64,000 nt of DNA from assembly GCA_964016885.1 (NCBI GenBank), contig OZ024746.1:88350001-88414000 (forward strand), read 5' to 3'. Made by a program: the position numbers and the translations under genes. This stretch comes from Eledone cirrhosa (Eukaryota). Positions 13,286 to 26,490 of this stretch are shown piece after piece; position 1 is the first letter of the stretch, and each line of letters opens with the position of its first letter. The notes beneath the pieces were generated by a model. That model ran no database searches, was not told where the DNA came from, and saw only the letters and a program-made list of their open reading frames with translations.

Positions 13286-13950
13286 TGTCATGTCACTTCT
13301 TCATTTTAAATACAAAGTGAAATATTAAATATGCATTTCATTGCAGAATTAACTCTCTTTTACTAGATTCCGTTGGCTTATCGTAATCTTCTTTCGACCA
13401 TAATAAAAATCAAAAATGAATTATTTCTTGCAGAATAGTTATTTCGTTTGACTCTCTACGATCAGAACCAATTTCCAGAAAGCCAGTCATGTATTACAAT
13501 ATATGTTAATTTTCTTGTAATTTTACTGAATTTATTACTTGTAGATCAGTCACCCTTCACTAACATATACCCACACCCACACAAACACACACAATCGTTT
13601 GCACGCACACAAAGATTCACGCATACACACTCACGCGCAGTTACACGCACACAGACACATTCAGTCAGAGACATATATATCCGTTTGCTTCCGAAATATT
13701 ATATATAACATATTTAGTATTCTTTTTCATAGTCATTGCAAAGCAATTTCCTTGTAAATAATTTGATATCAATGCTTTAATAATATGTGATGAATAGCCC
13801 CGGAAGATAATACCACCAATCATTCTTTTATCTAGGCCAGTATTTATTTTAACATTATCTTCACAATAATCAGTGTTCATGTGTTTACACCTGCTGTACT
13901 AAGACATCGGGGAAGAATGAGAAATAACATCGCTGTATAATAATAATAAT

Positions 13951-14012
<62 letters not shown>

Positions 14013-14014
<2 letters not shown>

Positions 14015-14690
14015 TTACAAGGAGGAGGCTAGCCCACTGTGCAGGATCTGTGGAGAGAGAGAGAGGAGACTGTGGCTCACATTGTGTCCGAGTGTAAACA
14101 CCTAGCCCAGACTCACTATAAGGGCTGGAGACACGATGTGATGGGCAGGGTGATCCACTGGCACCTGTGCAAAGTAAACAATTTACCACATTCTGAGAAA
14201 TGGTATGAGCATAGGCCGGAGGCGGTGATTGAGAACAATCAGGTGAAGGTGCTGTGGGATTTTAGGATGCAGACGGACAAAAAACTGGAACACAATAGAC
14301 CTGACCTGGTGGTTGTGGACAAAGAAAAAAGATCGTGTCTGATTGTGGATGTGGCCTGCCCGTTCGACACGAGAGTGCAAGAGAAGGAGAGGGAGAAAAT
14401 TAACCGATACCAGGACCTAAAGTGGGAGGTGAAAAGGATTTGGAACTGCCATGAAGTCAAAGTGATCCCGATTGTCATAGGCGCACTGGGGACTATCTCC
14501 AAAAGTTTCCAGGGATGGTTAAAGAAAATCGGCCCCTTCACGCTTTTTGGAACGCTTCAAAAGGCATGCTTGCTTGGAACAGCAAGAACCCTCCGATACT
14601 TCCTGAATATCTGAGGCTGCAGGTAGTGGCTTGATATTCATTCCAACGGACTTTCCAGTTAACCAACATCAATGACTGAGATTCAAGGAA
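14013..14690 (+). mobile_element. R4/Dong-like LINE family B, copy B2 (3' ~0.7 kb)
   Basis: ORF 14039-14614 with zinc-knuckle remnant, RHD, WDFRMQTD..HNRPD, IVDVACP, EKINRYQDL; (TAA)n both sides. Confidence 0.92.
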
Positions 14691-14720
14691 TAACAACAAT
14701 AATAATAATAATAATAATAA

Positions 14721-14920
14721 TGTTTTCTTTATTAACCGCAAGGGTTTACATAAAGTAGACATTAAGGATTAAGTAGACATCAGGAGACATCTGACATTAA
14801 GTAGACATCAGGACAATACAGGACGGTACAAATGGGCATTTCTGCGTGTAAAAAAAACAGAGGTTGAAATAAAATAACAAAGAAAAATAAAAAATAAAAA
14901 TTCCCCAATAGGGGGGAGAC
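14721..14920 (-). mobile_element. 3'UTR fragment of the Tx1-like element
   Basis: Matches 19899-20066 (ttctttattaacc..agggtttacataaa..caggacggtacaaatgggcatttctgcgtg..ttccccaatagggg); (TAA)n both sides. Confidence 0.85.
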
Positions 14921-14950
<30 letters not shown>

Positions 14951-14951
<1 letters not shown>

Positions 14952-15482
14952 CATACTTGAAAAAGATCACATCTCAATCTTGTGGAACTTTAGCATCCAA
15001 ACAGACCGAAAAATAGATGCAAATAGACCTGATATAATATTGAAGGACTTTAAAAAGAGGGTATGCCTGCTAATTGATATGTCTGTTCCAATAGACAAGA
15101 ATGTATTTATAAAAACATTTGAAAAATTGAGCAAGTATAAGGACCTGGAGATAGAAATTGGAAAAATGTGGAAATTGAGAACTAAAACAATACCAGTGGT
15201 TGTAGGCGCTCTGGGAATGATACCTAAGGGGTCTAATGATTACTTATCGCAAATCCCAGAAAACCCGCGTATAGGAGAAATACAAAAGATAGTACTAATG
15301 GGAAGTGCCCATATACTAAGGAAGATTCTGTCAATATAAGTACATCACAAGTCTAAACACTAAAGATGCATGTGTGAGTATGTATGTTTTTTCTTGAACA
15401 TGGCGGACCTTGTTGTCTCTTGAGGTCACTGGTTGTGACTTGGTGATAACTCGTATGAACATAAAGCAATATAAATGCAACT

Positions 15483-15483
<1 letters not shown>
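14951..15483 (+). mobile_element. R4/Dong-like LINE family C, copy C1 (3' ~0.5 kb)
   Basis: Near-identical to 17519-18048; RLE motifs NRPDII, IDMSVP, EKLSKYKDL; (TAA)n both sides. Confidence 0.92.
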
Positions 15484-15528
<45 letters not shown>

Positions 15529-18048
15529 GTTCATAACATACATGCCCCATGGATAGACATACAAATGAAAGATACAGCTCACCTTGAGGAACAAATATGG
15601 GAAAATATAACAGTTAAACAGTTGCGCTTGGCTCTAAGAAAAACCAGCAAATAGAAATCCCCAAGAAAAGACAAAATACAAAACTTTTGGATAAATGCCT
15701 TCACAGAGTCTCATGAGCTGTTAGCCCAACATTACAATGAAATAGTTAAGGAGCCAGAAAAGATACCATCATGGCTAGTAAACGGCATTACATTCCTGCT
15801 TCCGAAGAATGATGAGACAAACAATCCCCAAAATTACAGACTGATAACTTGCTTGACCACAATGTATACAATTTTAACATCAGTCCTAACTGAATACACA
15901 TATGACCACCTGATAACAAATGACCTATTTCCCATTGAGCAGAAAGGGTGTAAACGAGGCTCATATGGCTGTAAGGATCAGCTTCTGGTTAACAAAATGA
16001 TACTGGAAGATTGTCATAATAGACAAAAAATCTATCGATTGCTTGGATAGATTATAAAAAAGCATTCGATAGTTTGCCACACAGTTGGATTGAAAAAATG
16101 TTTAGAGATTTTCAAAATATCCCCCGTTGTCAGGAGGTTTTTGTCATTCTGTATGAAGACATGGAAAACGACACTCCTTTAGAATAGTGAAACAAAATCA
16201 CTGGAAGCTGGAGAAGTTAATATTAATTGTGGAATTTTTCAGGGTGACTCTTTATCACCGCTTTTATTCTGCATCGCGCTTATACCATTAAGTAAAATGC
16301 TCAATGAAACAAAACATGGATATAAAGTGTATGAACAAACCATTAATCACCTGTTCTACATGGATGACCGGAAACTATTTGCAAAAAATGATGAACAATT
16401 GCAAGGGCTATTATCCACTGTGGAGCAGTTCTGTGATGACATTAAAATGGAGTTTGGACTAGATAAATGCGCCAAAGCAACGTTCACCAGAGGAAAGCTG
16501 CTGAAGAGTTCAGACATTAATCTTGATCGGGGGAACGTGATAAGAGAACTTGATCAAGAAAAAAACTTACAAATATCTAGGTGTTTGTGAAGGAGACGGA
16601 ATCAAGCACTCGACAATGAGGGAAAGGATAAGGAAGGAATGTTACCGCAGAGTAAGAGCAATCTTAAGAACGGAATTGAATGCAAGGAATAGGATCGATG
16701 CCATAAACACGCTTGCCATACCAGTAGTAATCTACAGTTACAATGTCATCAACTGGTCAAGCACAGAGATCCGTAGGCTCGATACAAAAATCCGAAAATT
16801 CATAACCATGCACAGAATGCATCACCCTACGGCAGACATAGATAGAATATATCTCCCTAGGAAAGAAGGAGGACGTGGGTTAATCCAGTTAGACATTGCG
16901 TTGAAAACTGCAACAATTGGATTATCCACATATCTAAGGGAATCACATGATTGGATGATCAAACTCGTTTTGAAACACGAAAGCACCAAAAGATCATATT
17001 CCATTACAAAAGATGCACAAAGATACAGTAATGGACTACAAATTTCAGAAGTCCCATTTACTGCTGAAATGGAAAACACAGAAAAAGCAAAGCAGGTAAA
17101 AGTAACTGCAAAGAAAGAACTGCTACAGAAACTGGCTAAGAAATGGCAAGAAAAGCCTCTGTATGGAAAATACCCAGAGCGAGCTAACAATCCTGATATT
17201 GACAAAACTTTAACCCATCAGTGGTTGGCATCCTCTGGACTGAAATCGGAGACTGAAGGACTGATTATATCCGCACAAGATCAGTGTCTGCCAACAACAA
17301 ATTACCAAGCCAACATAATAAAAAATGGGTGCAGCCCATTATGCCGTGTATGCAAAAAACAACCAGAGACCATTGACCATATAATTTCAATGTGCAGTCC
17401 TATAGCTCCAACCGAATACCTAAACAGGCATGACAGAGCTGCACAATACATATATTGGATAATGTGCAAGCATTTTGACCTGCCCCATCAAAAGAATTGG
17501 TGGGAGCATCAACCACCTCCCATACTTGAAAAAGATTACATCTCAATCTTGTGGAACTTTAGCACCCAAACAGACCGAAAAATAGATGCAAATAGACCTG
17601 ATATAATATTGAAGGACTTTCAAAGGAGGGTATGCCTGCTAATTGATATGTCTGTTCCAATAGACAAGAATGTATCTATAAAAACATTTGAAAAATTGAG
17701 CAAGTATAAGGACCTGGAGATAGAAATTGGAAAAATGTGGAAATTGAGAACTAAAACAATACCAGTGGTTGTAGGCGCTCTGGGAATGATACCTAAGGGG
17801 TCTAACGACTACTTATCGCAAATCCCAGGAAACCCGCGTATAGGAGAAATACAAAAGATAGTACTAATGGGAACTGCCCATATACTAAGGAAGATCCTCT
17901 CAATATAAGTACATCACAAGTCTAAACACTAAGGATGCATGTGTGAATATGTGTGTTCTTTCTTGAACATGGCGGACCTTGTTGTCTCTTGAGGTCACTG
18001 GTTGTGACTTGGTGATAACTCGTATAAACATAAAGCAAGATAAATGCA

Positions 18049-18049
<1 letters not shown>
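15529..18049 (+). mobile_element. R4/Dong-like LINE family C, copy C2 (RT plus RLE, 5'-truncated, disrupted)
   Basis: RT motifs NYRLITCL, EQKGC, IDYKKAFD, GIFQGDSLSP, HLFYMDD; ORF 16550-17908 has thumb, CRVC..HIISMC knuckle and RPD endonuclease; (TAA)n both sides. Confidence 0.95.
16550..17908 (+). pseudogene. Open C-terminal 452 aa of Dong-like RT-RLE polyprotein
   Basis: YKYLG, HHPTADIDRIYLPRKEGGRGL, AQDQ, CCHC, RHD, RPD..D..K; upstream part is frameshifted. Confidence 0.9.
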
Positions 18050-18084
<35 letters not shown>

Positions 18085-18095
18085 TATTATTATTA

Positions 18096-19875
18096 TTGGA
18101 TCACCAAAAGCCTGGAGATCTTCAAGGTGGCAGATAACATCAGACAGTTGTTGGGCAAAAGTATGAAGTCCTGGGAAACAGAGTTAACATCAACTGGAGA
18201 ATCCTTGGGAAGCGTGAATATCAAGAGAGGTATCTTCAAGGGAGATAGTCTGTCCCCTCTGTTGTTTGTCCTTGCCCTGATGCCCCTGACCAATGTATTG
18301 CGAAAAGTGAGAGCAGGATACAGGTTGGGATAGGGAGGGCTTACCATCAATCACCTCCTCTTCATGGACGATCTTAAGCTCTTCGGAAAGAGTGAGAAGG
18401 AGTTGGATGTGCTTGTTGACACTGTCCGTATTTTCAGCAATGATAAATGTAAGCAATTTGGTATTAGTAAGTGTGGAGTCATTGTGATGAAGAGGGGTAA
18501 GTTGAGCAGAAGTAACGGAATCCAGATACCAACATGTGAGATGATAAAGGAAATTGACTCTGAAGAAGGATACAAGTATTTGGGCGTTCTGGAGGCTGAT
18601 GACATCAAGATAAAAAAAAATGAAGGAATTGATAAGAACTGAATACATTCGGAGAGTAAGGAGCGTATTAAAGTCACATCTGAACAGTAGAAATGTCATA
18701 AGTGCAGTAAATTCCCGAGCTGTGTCTATTATTAGGTACAGTGCGGGAATTCTGAGATGGAATGTTGCTGAACAAAAAGAAATGGATAGGAAGACTAGGA
18801 AATTATTGACTATCTACAACATGTTCCACAAGAGGAGTGATGTCGATAGACTCTACTTAAGGAGATCTGAAGTGGAAGAGGTCTTATCAGCATAGAGGAC
18901 TGTGTTCAGATGGAGAAAAACAACCTACACAAATACGTGACTGATAGTAAGGAGCCAATGCTCAGAACTGTACTGAAGGAGAGGACAATAGACCAGGGGA
19001 TGTCCAGGGAGGAAATAACATCGAGGAGAAAGATACCCTTCAGGAAAAATCCCTTCATAGTACCTTCTTTGAGAAAACTGAATTCAGAGATCCACAGACA
19101 TGGAACTGGTTGAAAAGAGGAGACCTTAAAAAGGCTATAGAAGGAATGTTAATGGCTGCGCAAGAGCAGGCCCTCAAAACGAAGTGGTTGAAACACCATA
19201 TTTACAAGGAGGAGGCTAGCCCACTGTGCAGGATCTGTGGTGAGAGAGAGGAGACTGTGGCTCACATTGTATCCAAGTGTAAACACCTAGCCCAGACTCA
19301 CTATAAGGGCTGGAGACATGATGTGATGGGCAGGGTGATCCACTGGCACCTATGCAAAGTAAACAATTTACCACATTCTGAGAAGTGGTATGAGCATAAG
19401 CCAGAGTCGGTGATAGAAAACGATCAGGTGAAGGTGCTGTGGGATTTTAGATACAGACGGACAAGGAACTGGAACACAATAGACCTGACTTGGTGGTTTT
19501 TGACAAAGGAAAAAGATCGTGCCTGATTGTGAATGTGGCCTGCCCATTCGACACGAGAGTGCAAGAGAAGGAGAGGGAGAAAATTAACCGATACCAGGAC
19601 TTAAAGTGGGAGGTAAAAAGGATTTGGAACTGCCATGAAGTCAAAGTGGTCCCGATTGTCATAGGCGCACTAAGTACTATCTCAAAAAGTTTCCAGGCAT
19701 GCTTAAAGAAAATTGGCCCCTTCACGCTTTTTGGAACGCTTCAAAAGGCATGCTTGCTGGGAACAGCAAGAACCCTCCGATACGTCCTGAATATCTGAGG
19801 CTGCAGGTAGTGGCTTGATATTCATTTCAACAAACTTTCCAGTTAACTAACATCAATGACTGAGACTCAAAGAGC
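18096..19875 (+). mobile_element. R4/Dong-like LINE family B, copy B3 (RT plus RLE, frameshifted)
   Basis: GIFKGDSLSP, HLLFMDDLKL, YKYLG, DVDRLYL, CRIC..HIVSKC, RHD, RPD; TAA/TTA flanks. Confidence 0.93.
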
Positions 19876-19898
19876 AATAATAATAATAATAATAATAA

Positions 19899-22800
19899 TG
19901 CTTTCTTTATTAACCACTAGGGTTTACATAAATTAGACATTAAGGACAGTACAGGACAATACAGGACGGTACAAATGGGCATTTCTGCGTGTAAAAAAAA
20001 CAAAAACAGTATGTAACAAAAATAACAATGAAAGATTCCCCAATAGGGGAGCGGGGGGAGGGAGACTTCCGAGGGACATTTGTGGAGAAAGCCCATTAAA
20101 AGGCCACAGTGACCCTGACCACCAGGGCAAGTGCCCTCTCCCAGTTTTCCACATTTAATTTACAGACACATACTCAGAGTAGGCCCATTCACTCGAGCTA
20201 TACTTGCTTCTCTCACCCATCTTTCAACAAAATGCTGGGAAAAGAGCACTCCCTCTTTACCCTGATTTTCCTATTCAAATGAAATTTGAAAAAGTTAATC
20301 AGGGCATCACCGAAGAGGTAAGTGCTCGTATTCAGCCGTTTCAAACGTGTCCACCATACTATCTCTTTCGCCATGGCCACCAGACAGATAAAAACTGCCT
20401 GCCCTTTCCGGATGAAGGAAGAGGGCGGGGCAATACTCACGATGGACTCAGCTGATAGCTGCATCGGTCCTACACGTGACAGCAGATGTTCGACATAAAC
20501 CCACAAGTCAGCAATGCTCGGATACTGGACCAGCGCGTACAGGACGGTTTCGTCGTCCTGTGCGCATCTCGGACATACCCGGCTGACGGCTCCTCCATGC
20601 CTGTAGAGTTTATCCCGAACTGGCAAAACTCCTCGGTAGCACTGCCAAGCCAGGGATTTCTGGAAGTTGTCCATAAGCCCCGCCCGAAAGTCCTTCCTAA
20701 GAGATTGGCTAGTTGATTTTCGTCGACGCCTAGAGTTTCTGCAAGTACGTCGTCGCTCTTCCCCTCCACTAATCCTCTATTGAACGCGAAGGTGGAGTTT
20801 CCACCAATCACATTACACGATTGGTCGAGGGTTGTGAGCTCCTGATGACATTCCAGTCTCCAAGCGCTCCCTCTCCGTCTTCGCTTGATCCAGGACTGCA
20901 GCTCCGTCAAGGAGATGAGCTGGGGAAAGACGTGACTAGCAAACGGCGACCACACGTGATCACCGTCGAGGACGATGTGGAGATGTCGTAGCCTGAGCGC
21001 GTGTCTGCGCATCATCAGCCACGGCATGCTCAGCCCTCCACGTAGCGGGTGTTGACAACAGATGGACCGCCTGACCATCGGAGCGCGTCCCTTCCACAAA
21101 AAGCGAAAGAGCAAACGCTCCAGCGCAGTCAGGCGGAGCTTAGTACAAGGTACGACTGTCAGGCGGTAGTAGATGACGGACGCGATGTACGCGTTAGCCA
21201 TCTCCGCTTGACCTTTCAGGGATAGCTTCCTCTCCACCCATTTCTGGGTGAGAGAAGCAACCCTGCTCGTCACCTCGTCCCAGTTCTTGTCCGTCTGGAG
21301 GACCGGACGAAACCAGACCCCTAGCAATTTAACCGGTCCGTCATTTCAGCGCCCGACGACGTTGTTGGACGGCATGGACCTGCCTTTCCAGGTGCCGAGC
21401 TGCAGGCTCACTGACTTTTTCTAGTTGATCATTGCTCCTGTCACCGCTTCGTATTCTCTTAGTGTAGTGCCGATCGCCTCGATGTGTTTGGCGTTCGACA
21501 CCATTACGGTGACATCGTTCGCATATGCTGACACGGATCTTCCGCATCCTAGTTCACGCGGGACCCCATTCAACGTCTCCAGCTTGTGCAGTAATGACTC
21601 GAGAGACAATACGTACAAGAGGGACGAGAGGAGACATCCTTGGCGGACCGAGCGCATGATGTTGAACGGTTCCGAAAGGTGACCGTTCACTCTCACCACA
21701 GAGTAGATGTCGCTGTGCATGTTAGCGATCCAGCCTCTGAAGACGGGCCCAAAGCCAGCCGCCCTCAGGATTGCCGCTAGGTAACGATGGTCGACCCTAT
21801 CGAAAGCTTTCGACTGATCTAAATTGATCAAGGACCCACCTGTGCCAGGTTTCCTAGCTAACCTCTCTACGATGTATCGCATGAGGTGGAGGTTGTCGTG
21901 GATAGATCTGTCTGGAATGGGCCTGAGATTATCTATATTATCCCCCTCCATTCTCAGCAGCACCACAGCTCCTCGGCTCACAGAGCTGGGAATTCTCCCG
22001 TTCTGTTGCCAGTTGCAGTAGACGTCCGCCAAGACGACCGGATCGTGGTTTGTTGCCACGACGCGACTCCGCAACTCGGGCACATTGAACGGCTTTCGTC
22101 CCCTCGTGTCTGAGAGCACGTACCCTAGCTCTGACAACGCAGCCTTCGTGCTTTGCATTGAAGAATTGGTCAAGGGCCAATTTCGCCGCAAGTACGTCGG
22201 TCGCGATGACTTTGCTAAGCGCCTCGTCTAATTTTCTAACTAATTCTCCCTCTGCTCTATTTTTCTCTATTGCTAAAGCCTTACTAAACCTAATGGACTC
22301 TATTCTAATTGCTCTTTTCAGAGCAAACCACCACTTGTTGTTGACGATGAGCCCCGTCAACGCCCGCTTAACTGGTTCGCTAATCCGGTCTCTGTAGGCC
22401 TTGCGTGCTGGTAAGGACGCGTTTAGCTTCCAGTAGCCGGGTCCTCGTCTATGAAGCCTATCTAAGTCAAGCACACAGATCACGAATTTGTGGTCCGTGT
22501 AGCTGACTATCTTGAATTGTGGACAGCCTATGCTAGACCTATCTATTTCCCTACAAAATACTCTATCTAGATATGATCTGGATGACCCTATGCGATTTGT
22601 CCAAGTCCACATTGGTACATTCGGGAAATACATTCGGTACCTGTCAGACAGTTCGAAACGCCTGAGCAGGTTGGTGAGGCTCGTGCACCCTCCTCCCCTA
22701 TCCGATAATCCCACACAGTCCCAGCGTACATCTAAGATCCCGTTCCAATCGCCCACTAACACTAAAGAGCGGGACGTTCCAAGAAAGGTCTCCAGACGCC

Positions 22801-25238
22801 GGAAGAATTCAGGCCGCCCTGCTCCTGTCGGGGCATAGACGGCCACTAGCCTTAAAACTTGCCCTTCTACGCTGGTCACGTCCAGCACCACGAACTTACC
22901 TTCTGGGTCCAGGAAGATGGCCTGTATGGCGAAATCCAAACCTGTTCGAAAAAGCACAACAACTCCTACCCCGATCCAGGACGGCTGGGAGATGCGTACA
23001 CATCGTAGCCGCCGAAGATCGGTGCTAAGGCCCGTGCCTCGGAGATTCTGGTCTCGCTGATGGCCTCTACATCTATGTTTAGTGACCTGAGGTCGTTGAG
23101 CAGGTGGCCCTACTTCCATGACGACCTCAAGCCACGCGCATTTATGCTGCCTATTCTGAGTGAGGTCATGTTGAAATGGAGTGGAAAAGATGGGAAAGAC
23201 CACTAACCTTACTTCTCGTAGAGGAAGGATGGTTTCTCACCCCTTTTCATTTGATCGTCTGGTGAAGGGACGTTGAATCGTCCCATCGGCTGGGCGTCGG
23301 CTCTTCTGGGAGTATATTCGAATATACTCTCCGGTTGAGTGTCCCTCCTAGGTCTCTCAAATCACCAACTGCGTTGGGGAATTTTATATTAATGTTTGTG
23401 TGTTGTTTCTGCGCTATTCTTACCAGTCTTATGTTCGTTGGTGTTTTGATTGATGCTGGTATTATGTAGTCGTGCTGTGAAATGTCTGTGTGTTCAACTA
23501 TGTGAGTCATTAGTTTCTTGTTGTCTGTATTTATTGCTGTGAATTTCTTTTTCTGGGGGTGTGGTGTGGTTCTGCTATGTTCTTGTCGTTGTTGCTGGGT
23601 GTGTGTGTTTTGTTGTTGTTAGCGATGTTGGTGTTTGTGGTGGTGGTGTTGAAGGTGTTGTTGTTGTTGGCGGTGGGGTTGCCGCCGGTGGTGATGGTGG
23701 TGCTAGTGTGGGTGGTGATGGTGTTGGTGGCGTTGCTGCTGTAAGTCTCTTTGCAGTAGCCTTTACCCTTTTTTCATTTCTTTCCTCCCTTTTCGAAGGC
23801 GACGATGCGCTGCTTCTGCGTTTGTGCCTTCTTGCGATATTTTGCCATCCCTCTCGCACCTCATACACCATGTCCGATTCTGTGAGGTTAGGGAAGGGTA
23901 CCAGCTCCACTCGTTCACTTGTTCTTGTTGCTGATGGTTGCAGTGGAGTCTCTGTTGAAGCTGCAGTTGGTCTTACTGTTGTTGTTGTTGTTAATACTTC
24001 CACTGCTGCTGCTGTTCTTGATTTCCGTGTCGTGGGTATGGGTGCCACGGACCTATCCTTCCTGCTTGGCGCCTGTCCTGTTGCTGGTAGCAGTGGAGCC
24101 GGTTGTAGGAAGGAGGGGAGTGATCTCCTTTCTCAGGGTCTTCTCATTGTAGAAGGCCCTGAGTTGAGTCTTCGACCCACAGCGAAAGTATTTCGGGCGT
24201 TTGCCCTCAAAACTTATGGGCAGTTGAGTGCCGTTATCGAAGCCTATCACATCCGAGAGAGCTTCGATTTACTCCTGGTTGGTTTGAATTAACATCTTAA
24301 TGGAGGTGCCGACCCAATCTTCTCGTAGTTTTTTTCTGTACTTGCAGTACAGTTGTTTTGTCCTCGATTCCGATGAGGACAGACGCGGCCAGCCAAGAAG
24401 GGGCCATCCGGGGGGGGGGGGGGGTCAGTCTGACCCTCACATTATGTTGCCCGCAGTAGGAGGGCACCAAGAAAAAATGTTTCGGCTGCCTTGCAGATTG
24501 CCCGGTGTCCGGTTTTCGTCACCGTCTTCTTTGCTTCCAGTAATTCCTCATTTGTTATAAGGATGGTTTCCAGGTTCGTTGCGATACCTGCAAACGAGAT
24601 TGTTTTTTCTTTCTTGTTGTTTTGGCTGTTATCCTCAGAGCTGCTGTTACTTTTCTTGTTGCTGCTGGAACTACGACCGCCGCCGCAGCTGTGGCTGTGG
24701 TTGTTGTTGATGTTACTGCTGCTGCTGTTGCTGTTGCTGTTGTTGCTGTTGCTGTTGTTGTTTATGCTGCTGCTGTGGTGTTGCGGCTGCTAGTAGTGTT
24801 TTCCTTGTCACTGTTGCTATTGCTGCTGTTATTACGGCTGCTGCTGCTATTTTTCATGACGTCAGAAGAATGAAATGGCTTTCCGTATTTACCGCACACA
24901 TTTTTCGTCGTTGTCGTCGTCGTGGAGAAATGTTCCACGGTATGCACGTTCTCTTGGTGAAAACTACCAGCAACTATATTTTTCTTTTTCTTTACTGGCG
25001 TCGCTTGCGAAAGAGGCGACACCACATTTAGAGAAGGGAGGGAGAGAGACAATATTCTCTCTGATGCAATGACGATTGAGGAAGAAGAAGACGGAAAGAG
25101 TGGGAGTGACTTGTGAAAATTATTTTTAGGAGCCATGTTTTTTTACGTTTTAAAATGAATATTGGGCACAAAACCCAAATAAACGGTTATTTAACCCCGA
25201 AGGGCCAAACCCCTCACACAGTGAAGTCGCAAGATTTA
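19899..25238 (-). mobile_element. Near-full-length Tx1-like (L1 group) LINE, ORF1 plus APE-RT ORF2, disrupted
   Basis: APE motifs VYAP, GDWN, TWT, SYLDRVF, TDH, GYWKLN; RT motifs LDQSKAFDRVDH, RQGCLLS, AYAND; CPRC..ETV; ORF1 has a decayed CCHC knuckle (FEGKRPKYFRCGSKTQ) and Thr/Pro-rich tracts; 3' end ...aataaagaaagc then (ATT)n. Confidence 0.9.
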
Positions 25239-25239
25239 A

Positions 25240-26490
25240 TGATAACAGGCTTTAATATTTTGAACTGGATATTAAAGGAACTAGCTGGAATAGACAAAAA
25301 AAAACACGAAATATAGTGAATGTATTTGGAATACCATTCATAATGAGATACAAAAACATGATATCTACGAGCAGACAAGTAGGAAGAAACTTATGCAACT
25401 GAAAAATGCTTATAAATTAATTACTGTAGGACTATACAAATATCAAGGGAGAGTTAACAGGAATATCTACAAAAATTGAACAAAATAAATTTTAAAAACT
25501 TGTGCTCATTCGTCACGGAGACCAATAAATTCAAAGTAGAAGCCAGATCAATAGATAAATGCTAAGAAAATGAAAACAAACAGGAAGCAACAACAGAAAT
25601 TGTGAAAAAACTAAACTCTAAACTAAAAGCAGACATCTAGAATGCCATGTTAAGACGATGGCAAGAAATCCCTTACATAGCCAAAACCTGAAAAGGTAAA
25701 TAGAGAAGAAGTAGACAATCAAAACACAAAAAATAGCTATGAAGCACGGGGATACAAGCAGAAATGGATGGCTTTATAATTACAGCACAATGCCAATTGT
25801 TCCACACTAGAAACAACCAGGATTAAATAGTGAATTAGAACATTGCAAGTAACTACAGAATATGTAGAGGTGCCGTGAATCAATTAATCACCTTATCTCT
25901 AGCTGCGCAGTTTTAGACAAAAGTAAATGCATCCACGGACATGAAAGAATAGTAACTACATACACAGGACATTATACCTACATTAAGAAATACCAACAGA
26001 AAGAACATGTTACAAACACACACGAGAAAAGGTATCAGAGAATGACAAAGGAACCAATCTCTGGGATATGCCATTGCACACAGACAGGCAGATCAAAGCA
26101 TACTGACAAGAAATCATAGCCAAAGACTCCAAAAAAATGTATCTTCTAATTAATGTTTCAATCCCCACAGACGGCAATATATATACCAGGGAAATAGAAA
26201 AGCTATACTAATATAAGAATCTAGAGATAACAATAACCCAAATGTGGATGATGTAGACAGAATCAATACCTATAATAATAGGTGCAAAAAATAAACAGAC
26301 AGATACATAACTAAAACTCCAGGACATACTAATACAGCATGTAAAAAAATAGCACGTCAACGCACACATAATACACATATACACAATTGTAAGAACACAA
26401 CCAAAATTCAAACTGAACATACTTAAGTTACCCAGAGCTGCTCACAATAATGCAGTCATAATGCGCAAAAACAAAAATGTAAATGATAAT
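25240..26490 (+). mobile_element. Old, highly decayed R4/Dong-like LINE (family D)
   Basis: Traces of FNILNW..KEL..IDK, GFIITAQ, ESINHLISSC, IHGH, LWDMPLHTDRQIKA, LINVSIP, YKNLEI in the same order as families A-C. Confidence 0.7.
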
